From assembly GCF_035594765.1 (NCBI RefSeq), contig NC_085842.1, forward strand, positions 306,017,749 through 306,081,748: a DNA stretch of 64,000 bases, given 5' to 3'. This stretch comes from Anolis carolinensis. Lineage: Eukaryota. Below the pieces are notes generated by a model. The model made no database searches. It was not told the origin of the DNA and saw only the letters and a program-made list of their open reading frames with translations. The translations under genes were made by a program, and so were the position numbers. Positions 39,991 to 53,258 of the stretch are shown one piece after another (within the stretch, counting starts at the first letter, position 1; each line of letters begins with the position of its first letter).

Positions 39991-41834
39991 AATTGGAGCT
40001 GCCCATGGTTTGAAAGGACTTGTGTGAGCTTCCATAGCTTATGTCCAGATTATCTAAAATATGCTTATCTTCTTATGTGAGCCACCTTAGGCTTTAAAGA
40101 TCCTTCGGAAAGGGCTTTCTGCAAGTCCCATCAGCTGGCCCTCTCCCTCTCCTTTAACAATACTTTTTAAATTTGAACTAACATTTGTTGATAAAGTAGC
40201 TATGAGGAAAGCTCTTCAATTGTGTGTGTGATATATGCTATCTTTTACATGACTTTATATGGTTTAAATATATGATTACATGTTGTTGTTGTTGTTGTTG
40301 TTGTGTGCCACCAGAGTACATGATGCAGAACAAGTGAATTCATTAAAATGGGATTTTAAGTCCAATGCTGTTATCACTGTGCCGTGCTGGATCTCAAGCG
40401 AATGGGCACTGGGGATGACAATGTTAAGGAAGAGGTCGACACACTCAAGGCTCATTGAGAGCATCTTGCAGAAGCCCATCCATGTCATCTTAACCTGGAA
40501 ATTACACTGATGCAGTGGTCTGGTCACAATGTTAAGGAAATCCTTTGCTTCCCTCTCCAGAACCTCTGGGCCCTTCTGCACAGCCATATAATCCAGAATA
40601 TCAAGGCAGAATAACCCACAGTATCTACTTTGAGTTGGGTTATCTGAGTCCAGAGTGCCATATAATCCAGTTCAAAGCAGATAATGTGGGATTTTATTCA
40701 GCTGTGTGTAAGGGGCCTAAGTCCCCAATGAAGCATTCAAAAATGCTGCTGTTGCCTGCAATCTGCGTCTATATAGCTAGAAGAATATCTGAGGACTTTG
40801 CTTAGTATTATGAACTATCTAAAATGTGAAAAATGTTGCGTAAGACTACAACTCCCAGAATGTTCCACAGGAGTAGCAATCCACAGAAGTGTTCTATTGC
40901 CACCCAGTTCCTGCAACAACAGGACATGGGACCACTGCTTTTGTTTTTTCTAAGAAACTGGGATTAAGGGTGGGACTGAATCTGTTAAGACTCTTTACTT
41001 TGGCAAAATTGGAGCACAGATCCATCAGAAGTTCATTCCATATTAAATGTATTTAATAGATCTGCATATGTTTGCTAACAGCAGCACAAAAATAGGACAC
41101 ATGAAATACAGCTCAGGGCTCACAATGCCACCTCGTGGTGGAAAACAGGTTCCCCTTCTACAGTAATCCAGAAAAAAAGAGATTTGCCTGAAACTGAAGA
41201 GCCGAAAAAGAACCATGTACGTATACACTTAAATGTTTTTATCCTGCCCTTTTATCATAAGAGCTCAAGAGTGTCCAACCAGGAAGACAATACAAGCAAT
41301 TCAAACTATTCCAAATTCCAATTGATCAATAAATAATCAAAGCAAGATGACATGCTAATCAATTCAATCAAATTGAAAGAACTAACTGGGTAAAAGAGAT
41401 GAAGCCATGTGCCTGGTTAAAAGCAAATTAGGCAGCAAATGCTTTAATAAAGAGCCATGTCTTGACTTGGGGCCGAAAAGCAACAAATATTGGGGCCATT
41501 CAGCTCCCAGGGGAAGGCATTCTGCAAGTGGGTGGCCACAGCCAAGAAGGCCCTCTTCCACATCCCCTACCCAGTTATTTCATACTTCCAACTGTCCTCA
41601 TTTGGCAAAGACAGTCCTAAATCATAATTTATTAGCTCACTGTTTCAGCTGCTTTAAAATGTCCCAGCTTCTCCTCCTCCTTACGTCCATCCTTGAAATT
41701 TAGAGACCAAAACATGAGGTGGTACCTGGTAATGTCATAAAGCATTATATACACACAGAACACTTTTTTGGAGTTTATGACAAAAACCATGAAGGGGCTA
41801 TTCCCAGATCAAGTTGAAATGAATAGATTATTCG

Positions 41835-41912
41835 GTCGACAGGAAGCTCTGGCGTGGACTGGTCCATGAGGTCACGAAGAGTCGGAGACGACTAAACGAC
41901 TGAGCAGCAGCA
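41835..41912 (+). mobile_element. RTE-clade LINE extreme 3' end; older RTE remnants at ~28650-28910, 29150-29480 and 33140-33380
   Basis: ctggcgtggactggtccatgaggtcacgaagagtcgga...cgact; absent from the paralog near 53020. Confidence 0.7.
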
Positions 41913-42138
41913 CTTAGGGAGATGGGACCAAGAACATAACCTAGTCTACTTGCTTGGATGGAAAACCACCAATGAATACTGGAAGATGTAGGCTACCAAG
42001 CACAATCTTTAATTTTCATCTCAATGCATACTGAGCTCCACATTGGGGCTTTGGTCACTTGTGGTGTCATTGACAGAACTGCTTGTAACATGAAAGATGT
42101 TGGAACATGGTAAGAGGGAAGCTTTCTGGGCTTGAGGT

Positions 42139-42393
42139 TCATGCACTGTCTTGACCAGAATCATGGCAGGAACACACTGGGAGGAACCATTCACTCTCCG
42201 TTTCATAGTTCTTTCTTCTTCTCCTTAATTTAGATTCCGTTTCTTTCCTGTAATGTCCCATAACATACAGCTTCATGGTTTTTTTGATATTGTGGGTGTT
42301 TTTCACCAATTGTTCAAGCATTTCTTGATTTTTCTGGGTCGAGTCGTTATTCGGATCTGATGCAATTACTATCTTGTTCATGTCCTGACTGGG
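42139..42393 (-). CDS. Nested family, copy B exon 2
   Basis: tttttttcAG acceptor. PSQDMNKIV...FLPVCSCHDSGQDSA*; spliced product 194 aa. ATTAAA on the - strand at 42008-42013. Confidence 0.8.
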   Translation of the reverse strand, partial: PSQDMNKIVIASDPNNDSTQKNQEMLEQLVKNTHNIKKTMKLYVMGHYRKETESKLRRRRKNYETESEWFLPVCSCHDSGQDSA

Positions 42394-42880
42394 CTGAAAA
42401 AAATGACAAAACAATATGATTGTTATCAAACATAAGGGGAAAAATATACATAGAGGTTTATCAAAATCGCCATTGTGTTTTTACTAGTTGTAGACTTTCT
42501 TTGGAGTCTTGCTCACAGCCTATACATTATCCCTTTCCAAACTCCTGCCCCATCTTCATCCCAGTTTCAATTTCTAATGAGGTTTCATCTACACTGTAGA
42601 ATTACTGCAGTTTTACACCAGTTTAATACTGTGGCGCAATCCTATGGGATTCTGGAAGTTGTAGTTTTACAAGGTTTTTAGAATGCTAATGTCTCACCTT
42701 CTACAACACCCAGGATTGCATAGCATTGAGCCATGAGAGTTAAAGTCATATCAAATTAATATTTTCACTAATTCCTTGGAATCTGTGGCCATGCAAAAAC
42801 ATAATAAAATATGTTGGATCTCTAATTACAAATGCGTAGACCATCTCCTTCAATATATTATTCATACATACAAGTCTTAC

Positions 42881-43210
42881 CTTGGTGTTTTTAATGTGTC
42901 GCATTAAAAGGCGGAATATTAAAAAAACAATAATTGTAACGAGTAGCTCTGTACCAATAGCATCCAACTTCTCTAGGCACCTTTTGGAAAATACTAGGTC
43001 AAAAATACTGTGACATATTTGACAGGCTGAGCCATAAAGACTGTTAGATGGTGCTCCCATTGAAAGTTGCTCTGCTTCCCGTTCTGTTGTATCGAAAGCA
43101 GCATTTGTGGAGGCTGATTCCTCACCACTGAAAGCATCCTGTAAAAAGAAGACTGAAGAGAGGAAGATGGTTCCCAAGAGAAGCACATAGGAAGAGCCTG
43201 GAAGAGTCAT
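42881..43210 (-). CDS. Nested family, copy B exon 1
   Basis: ATG at 43210 (MTLPGSSYVLLLG...), 110 codons ending RHIKNTK, GTAAG donor at 42880. Confidence 0.8.
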
Positions 43211-43881
43211 GCTGCTGCTCCAGGAATAATTTCTCCCCCAGAACAAATTATGATAAGAGGCCTTTAAAATAGGTGCATCAGCCAATCAGGTGTGGGGAAA
43301 TTCTATGAGGTCATAAAGGGGTCTTTATTAGAAATAGTTTATGATGCCATTGATATCTCAAGGGAGCAGCCAAGGTTTAAGTATGGAGAGATATCTAAAA
43401 CCAGGAAGATCTACCTCCCTCTAAAAACACATTTTTACACTTGTCAAGTGAAGGATGACAAGCTTTCATTTCTGTAGTTCCTTTTCCATAGTGAACTAAG
43501 CAAAAGAACATAAAAGAGTATATGCAGTTTGTAAATAGATGACATTAGATTAAGAAGTCTATAATTGTAGTTCATTTGTAAATGTAGTTTTGGGAGAATG
43601 CAATTGGTTGTCATTTTAAAATGTATTTTAATATTTTAGTAGAGTTCCATTGTTTTAATTTGCTGCTACAACAACAACAACAACAGCAGCAAAAGAATAC
43701 ACATAGCCCGAGAGACTGGTTTACACTAGGGTTTCCAGTACAGGAACATCCTTGATATTCCTAGACCAAAACGTGGGACAGACCCAGTGATGTAATAAAG
43801 TGTTATGTACACACAGAACACATATTCCTTTTTAGGAATTATGACAGAAACCATAAATGGGCTCTTCTCAGATCAGAGTGA

Positions 43882-44872
43882 TGTTGCACCCCTAGGCTGC
43901 AGAGACACCTCAAAACCACATTGGAGCCCCAGAATATAGGCAAAACAAGCGGTTTATTGAAGATTATATACAAGCAGTAGCAAATTAATTCAAAGTCAAT
44001 GCAATAAGGTTTTAGTCCACAAGGTACAAGTTTCTTGAGAATGTTGAAGCTAGAGTCTCTAAAAGTCACTTAGGGAAACAGAGTTCAAACAGGATATCAA
44101 AATGAATCCAAATAAGTTATCAAAATTAGTCCAAAGCACAGGATCAAACTAGAATGCAGGGAATCAAACACCAAAAGTAATCCCAATGCTAGAACACAAG
44201 GCAGGATCTTAACTGGAGCAGGAAATCCAAACTGCAAACTTACTCGAACAAGAACTAGATAAGCTAAGATCTTCAATAGTGAGGACAAGGACTGGAACAA
44301 GGCACAGAGCATAAAACTGCATGAATTGGCATGGAAGTTCACAGGAACATGGGACAGGATTCTTGAAGCATGAAACTGAGATTTCTCTTCCTCGATGAGC
44401 AAAGTTGTCACCTCTGAATCTCTCAGAGAAAGCAGTCCTTCTTAAGGGTAAGCTCAAGGCCTCTTCCCATGAGAAAACTGCTCATTATTCTTTTTCAATA
44501 ACAATTGCTTACTGCGCCTGAAAGTATCCCTTTCCCTCTGTTGCTGATTTATCGCTTTCTTTCTGTCATTAATCTTATCACTTCCAGAATCCAAACTAGA
44601 ATGCCCATCTCGCAAAAGAAGGTCCAATCTTGACTCCTTCAAAGAACGCAGTTCAAGCCGCCTGCTTGAAACCATTATGTTCTCTGGTCCCAGAATCCAC
44701 CGGGACAGACTCTGGCTGGCTTGGAACAGCAGTCTCATCTGGCTGCATAGGAACAGGAATCTCAGGCCCAAACCCAGAATCTCCTGACAGGCCAGGTGCA
44801 GGGACAATCACAGGTTGAACAGGTCCCACTGCAGGTTCACCTGACAGCTCAGATGGAGGCTGGGCTATAACA
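43882..44872 (-). mobile_element. Solo LTR-like insertion (~990 bp)
   Basis: TGTT...AACA ends with a degenerate 5-bp TSD; absent at the paralogous site near 27805. Confidence 0.75.
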
Positions 44873-45498
44873 GGTGCAATGAATAGATTATTCTTCCTCA
44901 TCCCCATAGGGAGATGGAATAAGGAACATTTAAGCTAGACTACTTGCTTGCATAGAAGATCATCAACAAATACCAGAAGCCATAGGTTACATTTCAAGGC
45001 TTGCCCCCTCTAAATATTCCTTGCCTAGGAAAAACCTCTGAAATGCATGGAATCACCATGAGTTGATATGCGAGTTGAAGGCACATGAATAAACTACTTC
45101 TAGGCAAAATGACGCAGAAAATGAGACCATAGTGACTCATCAACTGGGAGTGAAAGAGGAAGCTAGGTAAATTATTGGCATTATTAGTAGTAGTATTGTA
45201 TATCCTACTTCTGGAATCTAGTTAGAACAGGCATGGGTAAACTTCGGTCCTCCCGGTGTTTTGGACTTAACGCCCACAATTCCTGACAGTCTCAGGCCCC
45301 TTCCTTTTTCCCCTCATCTGCCCATGCCTGAGTTAGAAGGACGGATGTACAGCTAATAAAACATCATATTGTTGCATTTGAAAACGAAGTCCAATAGTTT
45401 CACTTCACTGGCACCCATGGGGATTGGTAGATGCTGAACACATGTAGTTTCTGGTTGCTTGAGATTTCCTATTTAAAATAGGCCTATTATTATACCTA

Positions 45499-45800
45499 GG
45501 AGCCCCGGTGGTGAAGTGTGTTAAAGCACTGAGCTGTTGAACTTGCAGACCTAAAGGTCCCAGGTTCAAATCCCGGGAGCGGTGTGAGCGCTTGCTGTTA
45601 ACTCCAGCTTCTGCCAACCTAGCAGTTCGAAAACATGCCAATAGGTACCGCTCCGGTGGGAAGGTAAGGGCGCTCCGTGCAGTCATGCCGGCCACATGAC
45701 CTTGGAGGTGTCTACGGACAACGCCGGCTCTTCGGCTTAGAAATGGAGATGAGCACCAACCCCCAGACTGGACTTAACATCAAGGGAAAACCTTTACCTA
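45499..45800 (+). mobile_element. Sauria-type SINE
   Basis: Full head, core and ACCTTTACC tail. Confidence 0.88.
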
Positions 45801-46236
45801 ATATTATAACTTATTCTATATCATACCATCAACTGTGTATTGATTTGATATAAATATTGGAATGCAGTAATAGAAAACAAAGATAAACTTTATTAAGGTA
45901 ATACAGTGTAACTATTTTTCTGTATTATTAAAAACAGCTTAAAAAATTAAATATTTCTTCATTTTTTTCCAGTTGCTTGAACATTCTGGTTGCTTGGATT
46001 CTAGTTAACTGAGAGTCTACTATATTAACAGTTTAGTATAAGTGACATGGCCTAGGATAACAGGTTCATATGAAAAGCTACAGCATAGTTTTCCAAGTAT
46101 AATCTTTAATATTAATATCAACATGTGTTAAGTTTTGCGTTGAGGCTTGACTTGTCGTTTGCATTGTCATTTACAGAACTGCTTGTAACACGAAGGATTG
46201 GCGCTTGGGAAGAGGGAGGCTTTCCAGTCTAGAGGT

Positions 46237-46488
46237 TCATTCACTCTCTTGACCGGAATCAGAGCAGTAACACATTGGGAGTGAAGCCTCGCTCTCGGTT
46301 TTATAAATCTTTCTAATTGCTCTTAATTTAGATTTCTGTTCTTTCTTCTTAAGGCGTATGGCATACTTCATGTATTTATTGATCATATAGGTGTTTTTCA
46401 CCAACTGTTCAAGGATTTCTTTATTGTTCTGGGTCAATTCATATTTCACTTCTGCAGGAGCTGGTGTTTCAGTCATGGCCTGACTGAG
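46237..46488 (-). CDS. Nested family, copy C exon 2
   Basis: tttttctcAG acceptor. LSQAMTETP...LPMCYCSDSGQESE*; spliced product 190 aa. ATTAAA on the - strand at 46105-46110. Confidence 0.8.
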   Translation of the reverse strand, partial: LSQAMTETPAPAEVKYELTQNNKEILEQLVKNTYMINKYMKYAIRLKKKEQKSKLRAIRKIYKTESEASLPMCYCSDSGQESE

Positions 46489-46813
46489 CTGAGAAAAACA
46501 ACAAAACAAGACCATTGTATCAACTTAAGGATAAATAAATAAATAAATAAATAAATAGAGGTTTATCAAAATTGCAATTTCTCTCTATCTTTGTGTCTCT
46601 TAATAGAAGCTTGATGTGTAGATAGTAAGTATAGAAAGCACAGACTAAAGTGACATTTTCTCAAAGTGTCAGTCTGGTGTTAAATACAGGGAGGAGACCT
46701 GTAAAAAGTGCTGCAACGCTTTTTAAGGTTCTTCTTGCAGCCTTAGAGAACAATGTAAATACATTTTCATTAGAAATATGCAAATAAAATAAAATATGTG
46801 CGACACTCTAATG

Positions 46814-46902
46814 CAGGGGTCCCCAAACTTTTTAAGCAAGGGGCCAGTTCATGATCCTTCGGACCATTGGAAGGCCGGACTATAGTTGGCCACTGAGCAA
46901 TA

Positions 46903-46944
<42 letters not shown>

Positions 46945-47057
46945 GAGGGTTGGAAGAGATCCCTTGGGCCATTTAGTCTAACCCCCTTCTGCCTCTGTGC
47001 ACCAAAAGCACAAGCAAAGCATCCCTGACAGATGGCCACCCAGCCTCAATATTAATA

Positions 47058-47112
<55 letters not shown>

Positions 47113-47240
47113 GTTGTAAGAGAAGAAGAGACCCCTTGGGTCATTTAGCCCAACCCCCTTCTGCCCTTGTGCCGTGGGGGCTAGATAAATGGCTTCGATG
47201 GGCCGCATCCGGCCCCCGGGCTTTAGTTTGGGGACCACTG
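46814..47240. mobile_element. hAT-type element carrying (TAA)n tracts, in the copy C intron
   Basis: TIR CAGGGGTCCCCAAACT...AGTTTGGGGACCACTG; perfect 8-bp TSD CTCTAATG. Confidence 0.9.
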
Positions 47241-47294
47241 CTCTAATGTGTGGGCCATACCCTTCATTGTATAATGTATACATATAAATCTTAC

Positions 47295-47615
47295 CTTAAC
47301 ATTTTTCATGTGTTTCAGCAAAATGCATAGTATAGATAAACCAATAACTGTAATGAGTAGCACTGCACTGCTAACATACAACATCTGTAGGCTCCTTTTG
47401 GTAATTTCTAAGAAAAAAATACTGCGGAATATTTGGCAGACTGAGCCATAAAGACCATCAGATGTCTCTCTCTTCAAATATTGCTCTGTTTCCTGTGCCA
47501 TTGCTGACAAATCAAAGCCAATCATTGCCCAGGCAGGTTTTTCATCACTGAGGACGTTCTGCAGGAAGACTGCAGTTCCCAAGAGCAGCATATAAGAACG
47601 GCCTCCAAGAATCAT
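47295..47615 (-). CDS. Nested family, copy C exon 1 (divergent subfamily)
   Basis: ATG at 47615 (MILGGRSYMLLLG...), 107 codons ending KHMKNVK, GTAAG donor at 47294. Confidence 0.8.
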
Positions 47616-47850
47616 CCCTACTGTGTGTTGGTCAACCAGAAGTAATTGTGTTAGAGATTCTTCAATATGGGAACATCTTCAGCCATGGAAAAATTCTATG
47701 AGGTCATAAAGGTCTCCTGATCTTTATTAGAAGTAGTCCAGGATGTCACTAATACCTTAAGGGAGCAACCCAAGATAGATAAAATTCTTAAACATATTTA
47801 CATATTGCTGCTCGTAAATGACAAACAGTTTGGGAAAGTATGTTGATATC

Positions 47851-48058
47851 GTGTTGTCGAAGGCTTTCATTGCCAGGATCACAGAGTTGTTGTATGTTTT
47901 CCGGGCTGTATGGCCATGCTCCAGAAGTATTCTCTCCTGACGTTTCGCCCACATCAATGGCAGGCATCCTCAGGATGCCTGCCATAGATGTGGGTGAAAC
48001 GTCATGAGATAAGACTTCTAGAGCATGGCCATACAGCCTGGAAAACATACAACAACCC
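47851..48058. mobile_element. Penelope-like fragment in inverted (palindromic) arrangement
   Basis: 12-bp TSD TATGTTGATATC; empty site in the paralog near 58355. Confidence 0.75.
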
Positions 48059-49377
48059 TATGTTGATATCTTACAAATCATGTATTTTAAAAGGATTTCA
48101 TGAGATACCATATGTTGTGCTTCCATACATTTGAGTATTACGATTTCTCAGTCTTTTTCTCTAATAAGGGGTTGGTTACCCGCTGTTTTGCTAATCACAC
48201 TGAGCTGTGTCACAAAAAGATGCATATCTAAATGAAATGTTTGGAAAGCTCTGATTTAGAAAATATGAATGCTTCTGCTAGTTTTTCAAACTGCTCCTGG
48301 TGATCTTTCCCCTACTCAGCCCCTTCCTCCCAAGAAAACCCAGATACTTTTTAAACCTGCTCCCAGTAAACCCCCACTTAGGGCCCTTCCACACTGCCAT
48401 ATGATGCAGAATATCAATGCAGACAATCCACAATATCTGCTTTGAACTGGATTATCTGAGCCCACATTGCTATACAATCCAGTTCAATGTGGATTTTATA
48501 TAGCTGTGTGGAAAGGGCCTTAGAGAATGAAAACTGTATACTCTGGGACAGGCCATGAGATATGGCAACTCTAGTTGTCACCATCAGCATGCAGCAGGTT
48601 GCCTGATTTGGTAGCTTTAGGATGGCACGGAGTTTTAGGTTTTTTCTACATTGCCCTATATCTCAGAATCTGATCACAGGTTATCTGCTTTGAACTGGAT
48701 TATATGAGTCTCCACTGCCAAATAATTTGGGATAAGCAGATAATCTGGGATCGGATCCTGGGATATAGGAACAGTGTAGAAGGGGTCTCAGTCTTACCAT
48801 TCCTATGTCCTCTTTTGTACCATTTTGGCCGAAATCGCAATTTGCTGAGAAAGCAATGACCGATCGGAGCAGCAGAGCTCGTCTGATTGTGTTATTGAAG
48901 GCTTTCATGGCTGGAACCACAAGGTTGTTGTGTTTTTTTCCAGGCTGTATGGTCATTTTCCAAACATGGAACATGGCCATACAGCCTGGAAAACACACTG
49001 AATATTGAATGTGTTTTCCAGGCTGTATGGCCATGTTCCATGTTTGAATATTCAGTTAAGACAAGATTGGCATAGGAAATGGTCTTGTTTAATAGATAAA
49101 AAAGAAGGAAAAGATAGGTACAGAACTTTAAATCAGGCCTTCCAGACAATTAAATCAATATATTGATTCAAGTAACCCAGTTGACAGTGGGAAGAGGGTG
49201 GTAAGGGTGGGTGGGATGGGGGGTTTAAAGGGGCAATTAATTAAGATATGCGGTAAAGAGAATCACAATTGGAACCTGTATCCCAGCCATAAAGATTGTA
49301 AATAGTTTGTATGTTATCTTTTAGATGGCTAAGGTATGCAGTGTATTGTTTTGTTATCTGTATGAAAAATAAAAAAG

Positions 49378-49379
49378 TA

Positions 49380-49430
<51 letters not shown>
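49378..49430. repeat. (TAA)n microsatellite
   Basis: Direct inspection. Others: (GACA)n at 17357-17382 and (CCCT/CCTT/ACTT)n at 35604-35665. Confidence 0.95.
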
Positions 49431-49643
49431 CAGCCTGGAAAACACACAACAACCCATCTTGTCTGATTTTCAATATTTTCAGTTTTGTTATGTTTAACAT
49501 ATTGCATGACTGTAGGCCCATCTTCATGACCATCAGTGATGGGCAGGCATCACTGCCAGGGCCTTTTGTTTGGCATTCTTTCCCCTATAAGAAGTAACAC
49601 ACAGCCCAATCCTTGTTTGTGTTCAAATTAATCTTTCAAAAGT

Positions 49644-49858
49644 GTTGTTTAAGGCTTTCATAGCTGGAATCACAGGGTTGATGTGTGTTTCTCGGGCTGT
49701 ATGGCCATGTTCCAGAAGTATTCTCTCCTGACATTTCATCCACATCTATGGCAGGTACTTCACAATCTCTGAGGATGCCTGCCATAGATGTGGGCGAAAC
49801 AAGAGATAATACTTCTGGAACATGGCCATACAGCTTGGAAAACACACAACAACCCTCC
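49644..49858. mobile_element. Penelope-like palindromic fragment
   Basis: TSD AATCTTTCAAAAGT; empty site near 38990. Confidence 0.75.
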
Positions 49859-50449
49859 AATCTTTCAAAAGTTGGGATTCCAGATTTTGGTAAAGGGACA
49901 GTGCTGCATTATTACACTGTTGTTCAGATTAATAAGGGGTTATACAAACTACTGAAAGGGAACAGATGCTAAAGCCACATATTGTTAGCAGGGGAAATGT
50001 GTTATTCTGTTCTTAGGGCAAGAAACCTTTGCACAAAATATAAAATGGAAGAACCAAACCTGATTTTTTGCTAATTGTGTGGCTGCAGTTGGCTTTCTTT
50101 TCTTTCTTTTTAAAATATATGTATGCAAATAGCTGCTTTGGGGAAGCTTCTGGAAAGCAGCCTTGAGCAGGAAAACTCTGGAGGTGAGATGAGAAAGAGT
50201 TTAACTCTCTTTCACTTACTTCCACAATTCTTTTCATAAGACAAGACTGATGTCAGTTCTTTATTCCCAATTCCTTATTTTCACAAATCAATATTGCATC
50301 TTCAAGGCCTTCACTAGTTCTGAGCTTTGATGGAAGAAGTTGTCCACAGCTATTGGAGCTGCCCATGGTTTGAAAGGGCCTGTGTGAGCTTCCATAGCTT
50401 AGGTCCAGATTACCTAAAATATGCTTATCTTCTTATATGAGCCATCTTG

Positions 50450-51965
50450 TGTTTTTTTCTTCCTCTTCATTCCGCTTTCTTTTCTATTTATTTATTTCTT
50501 TCTTTATTAAAATAGACGTGCATCTATGTTTGTTGCGTACAGTATATTTTCCAGCTGTCAGTGTTTCATTTGTACAAAGAAGAGCATTATAGATTCTAAA
50601 TTAACAACCGCTTCCTCCTTATCGACAGTCTTATAGGATTCACTATATACCTTTTTAGTTTGCTATTTTTATTAAGATATTTTATCACTGGATCCCATTC
50701 ATTAACAAAGTACTCCAACTCTTCTCCTCTTAAGAGTACAGTTATTGTACTCTTGTATTTTTCCCATTCCTCTAAGGGAGGTACAGTAGAACCCCGGTTA
50801 TCCGAGATAAAGGGAAGGGCCCAATCTCGGATAACCAAATGGCTCGGATAGGGCAAGGGCTCTCTGAGGGACATCTCCCCAGATCTTCCTCAGCTCCGCC
50901 CTTGCTGGAGGGGGGGGGGGTTCCTCCAGCAATGGCCTGGCTGAGGAAAACCCGTGGCACGCTCACCACCCCTTGGAGGGACGGTTAACCAGAGCTCTCC
51001 TGTATCTGTAAGGATTTCCAATATCTAGCAGATGCTGTTCAAGCTGCCACTGTCATGTAAAATCATTTTTTCCTGAATTTCTTGTCTAGTTCTTTGTCTT
51101 GCATGTTAGGAGCCCCCAGTGGTGCAATGGATTTAGCCCTTGTGCTGGCAGGACTGCTGACTGAAAGGTCAGTGGTTCAAATCCAAGGAGCCGGGTGAGC
51201 TCCAGCTTTCCATGCGCGGACATCCGGGCATCCCCTGGGCAAAATCCTTGCAGATGGCCAGTTCTCTCACACCAGAAGTGACTTGCAGTTTCTCAAGTCA
51301 CTCCTGACACAAAAAAAGAAATCGGGCATGTTCAAAAGGTACATTTGTGGTGTCATTTCGAAGTTCGTACGTAGTATCTTTTCATGGTATACATGAATCT
51401 GTTTCCAGTAGTTTTTAACTTTGTTGCATGTCCACCACATTTGGCAAAATGTGCCTTTTTCTTTTCCACATTTCCAACATTTCTCAGTGCAGTGGTACAT
51501 CTTCGCTAATCTCTCTGGAGGGAGAAACCAACACAGATGCATTTTATAGACATTTTCCTTTAGGTTTTGGCATGCCGTGTATTTCATTCTTTTCCTCCAT
51601 ATCTTTTCCCATTGGTCTATTTTTATCTCTTGGCCTATGTCTTGGGCCCATCTAATCATTGAGTCTTTTACTACTTCCTCTTCCATGTACCAAGTCAGTA
51701 GATGTTTGTATATGTAAGATATAAGTCCTTTTGGTTTCTAGAACATAGCCACATTGAACCATGTTTTGGTCGTCTGGAAGCCCAAGGTTCTAAGTTGTTC
51801 TTTACATTTCTCATGCAGCTGTCTTTATAGAAGCCAATTGCATTTAGGGCTCATTTGGTTCAATTCTTCTAGCAATTTCACTTCTGGGTTTTCTAAGTCA
51901 GTCTGGATCAACTCCCTGCAGGTTAACCATTTCCCTTGTAGTATATTCTTCCTTTTGGCAAAGAT
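50450..51965 (-). mobile_element. L1-clade LINE 3' fragment with nested MITE (~50784-51002) and SINE (~51108-51317)
   Basis: ORF2 C-terminal Cys-rich region (CWKCGKEKGTFCQMWWTC); not present in duplication unit 1. Confidence 0.8.
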
Positions 51966-53258
51966 GGAGCATGAATCCATCAGAAATTCAATCCATATAA
52001 ATGCATTTAATAGATCTGCATATGTTTGCTAACAGCAGCATAAAAATAGGACTCATGAGATACAGCTCAGGGCCCACAATGCCACCTCGTGGTGGAGAAC
52101 TTTTAGCTTTTATTGAGTCGCATTAACCTTACCATCTGTCTTGTTGAGTAGCTTGCAATAATTGTATTAGATGAATGTTTTAAAATATGTACTAAGTTCT
52201 CTGTGATTGTATAATTGTTTTATAGATTTTTAAAATATATGTACATTGTTTTACATTGTCTTTTACTCAATATGGTGAACCACTTTGGGTCCTTTTTTAG
52301 GGAGAAAAGCAGGATACAAATAAAGATGTATTGTTGTTATAACAGTAATCTATAATAATCCAGAAAAAAAGAGATTTACTGGAAAGTGAAGGTCCACAAA
52401 AGAGTGATGTAGGTATATACTTAAATGTTTTTATCCTGCCCTTATATCATAAGAGGTCAGGAGTGGCCAACCAAGAAGACAATACAAGCAATTCAAACCA
52501 TTCCAAATTCCAATCAATAAATAATCAAGACAGGATGACAGTTTATCAATTCAATCAAGTTGAAAGAACTAACTGGGTAAAAGGAATGAAGCCATGTGCC
52601 TGTTTAAAAGCATATTAGACACCAAATGCTTTAATAAAGAGCCTTGTGTTGATGTGGGACCAAAAAGCAACAAAGGTTGGTGCCATTCAGTTCCCAGGGG
52701 AAGCCATTCTACAAGTGGGTGGCCACAGCCAAAAAGGCCCCCTTCCACGTCCTCCACCCAATTATTTCATACTTCCAACTGTCCCGATTTGGCAGAGACA
52801 GTCCTGATTCATAATTTATTAGCCCACTGTTTCAGCTACTTTCAAATGTCCCAGCTTCTCCTCCTTCATCCATCCTTGAGATTTAGAGACCAAAACATGT
52901 CATGGTGCCTGATGATGTCATAAAACATTATAGACACATAGAACACATTTTCTTTTTTGGGGAGATTGTGATAACCATGAGGGGGCTGTTCCCAGATCAA
53001 GTTGCAATTAATAGATTATTCCTTCTCACCCACATAGGGAGATGGGACCAGGAACATCATCTAGACTACTTGCTTGGATGGAAGACCACCAATGAATACT
53101 GGAAGCTGTAGGCTACCAAGCACAATCTTTAATTTTCATCTCAATGCATGCTGAGCTCCACATTGAGGCTTTGGTCACTTATGGTGCCATTTACAGAACT
53201 GCTTGTAACATGAAAGATGTTGGAACATGGGAAGAGGGAAGCTTTCTGGGCTTGAGAT

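Larger units (their letters stand above)
38833..48888. repeat. Tandem segmental duplication, unit 1 (contains copies B and C)
   Basis: Colinear non-TE homology with 49468-59768, e.g. 38878~49512, 41040~51995, 46590~56730, 48845~59726. Confidence 0.85.

Noticed and set aside
41407-41703. Similar ORF pairs 41407/52594, 39280/50013 and 42021/53141
   Set aside because: The similarity is explained by the segmental duplication. They lack conserved ends or splice signals, and 42021/53141 overlap the 3' UTRs of B and D.
43211-43285. N-terminal extension MADAP... in ORFs 42746-43285 and 53938-54435
   Set aside because: It starts at a TTG inside the CCAAT box (ATTGG), not at an ATG. The ATGs homologous across all copies are at 43210 and 54360.
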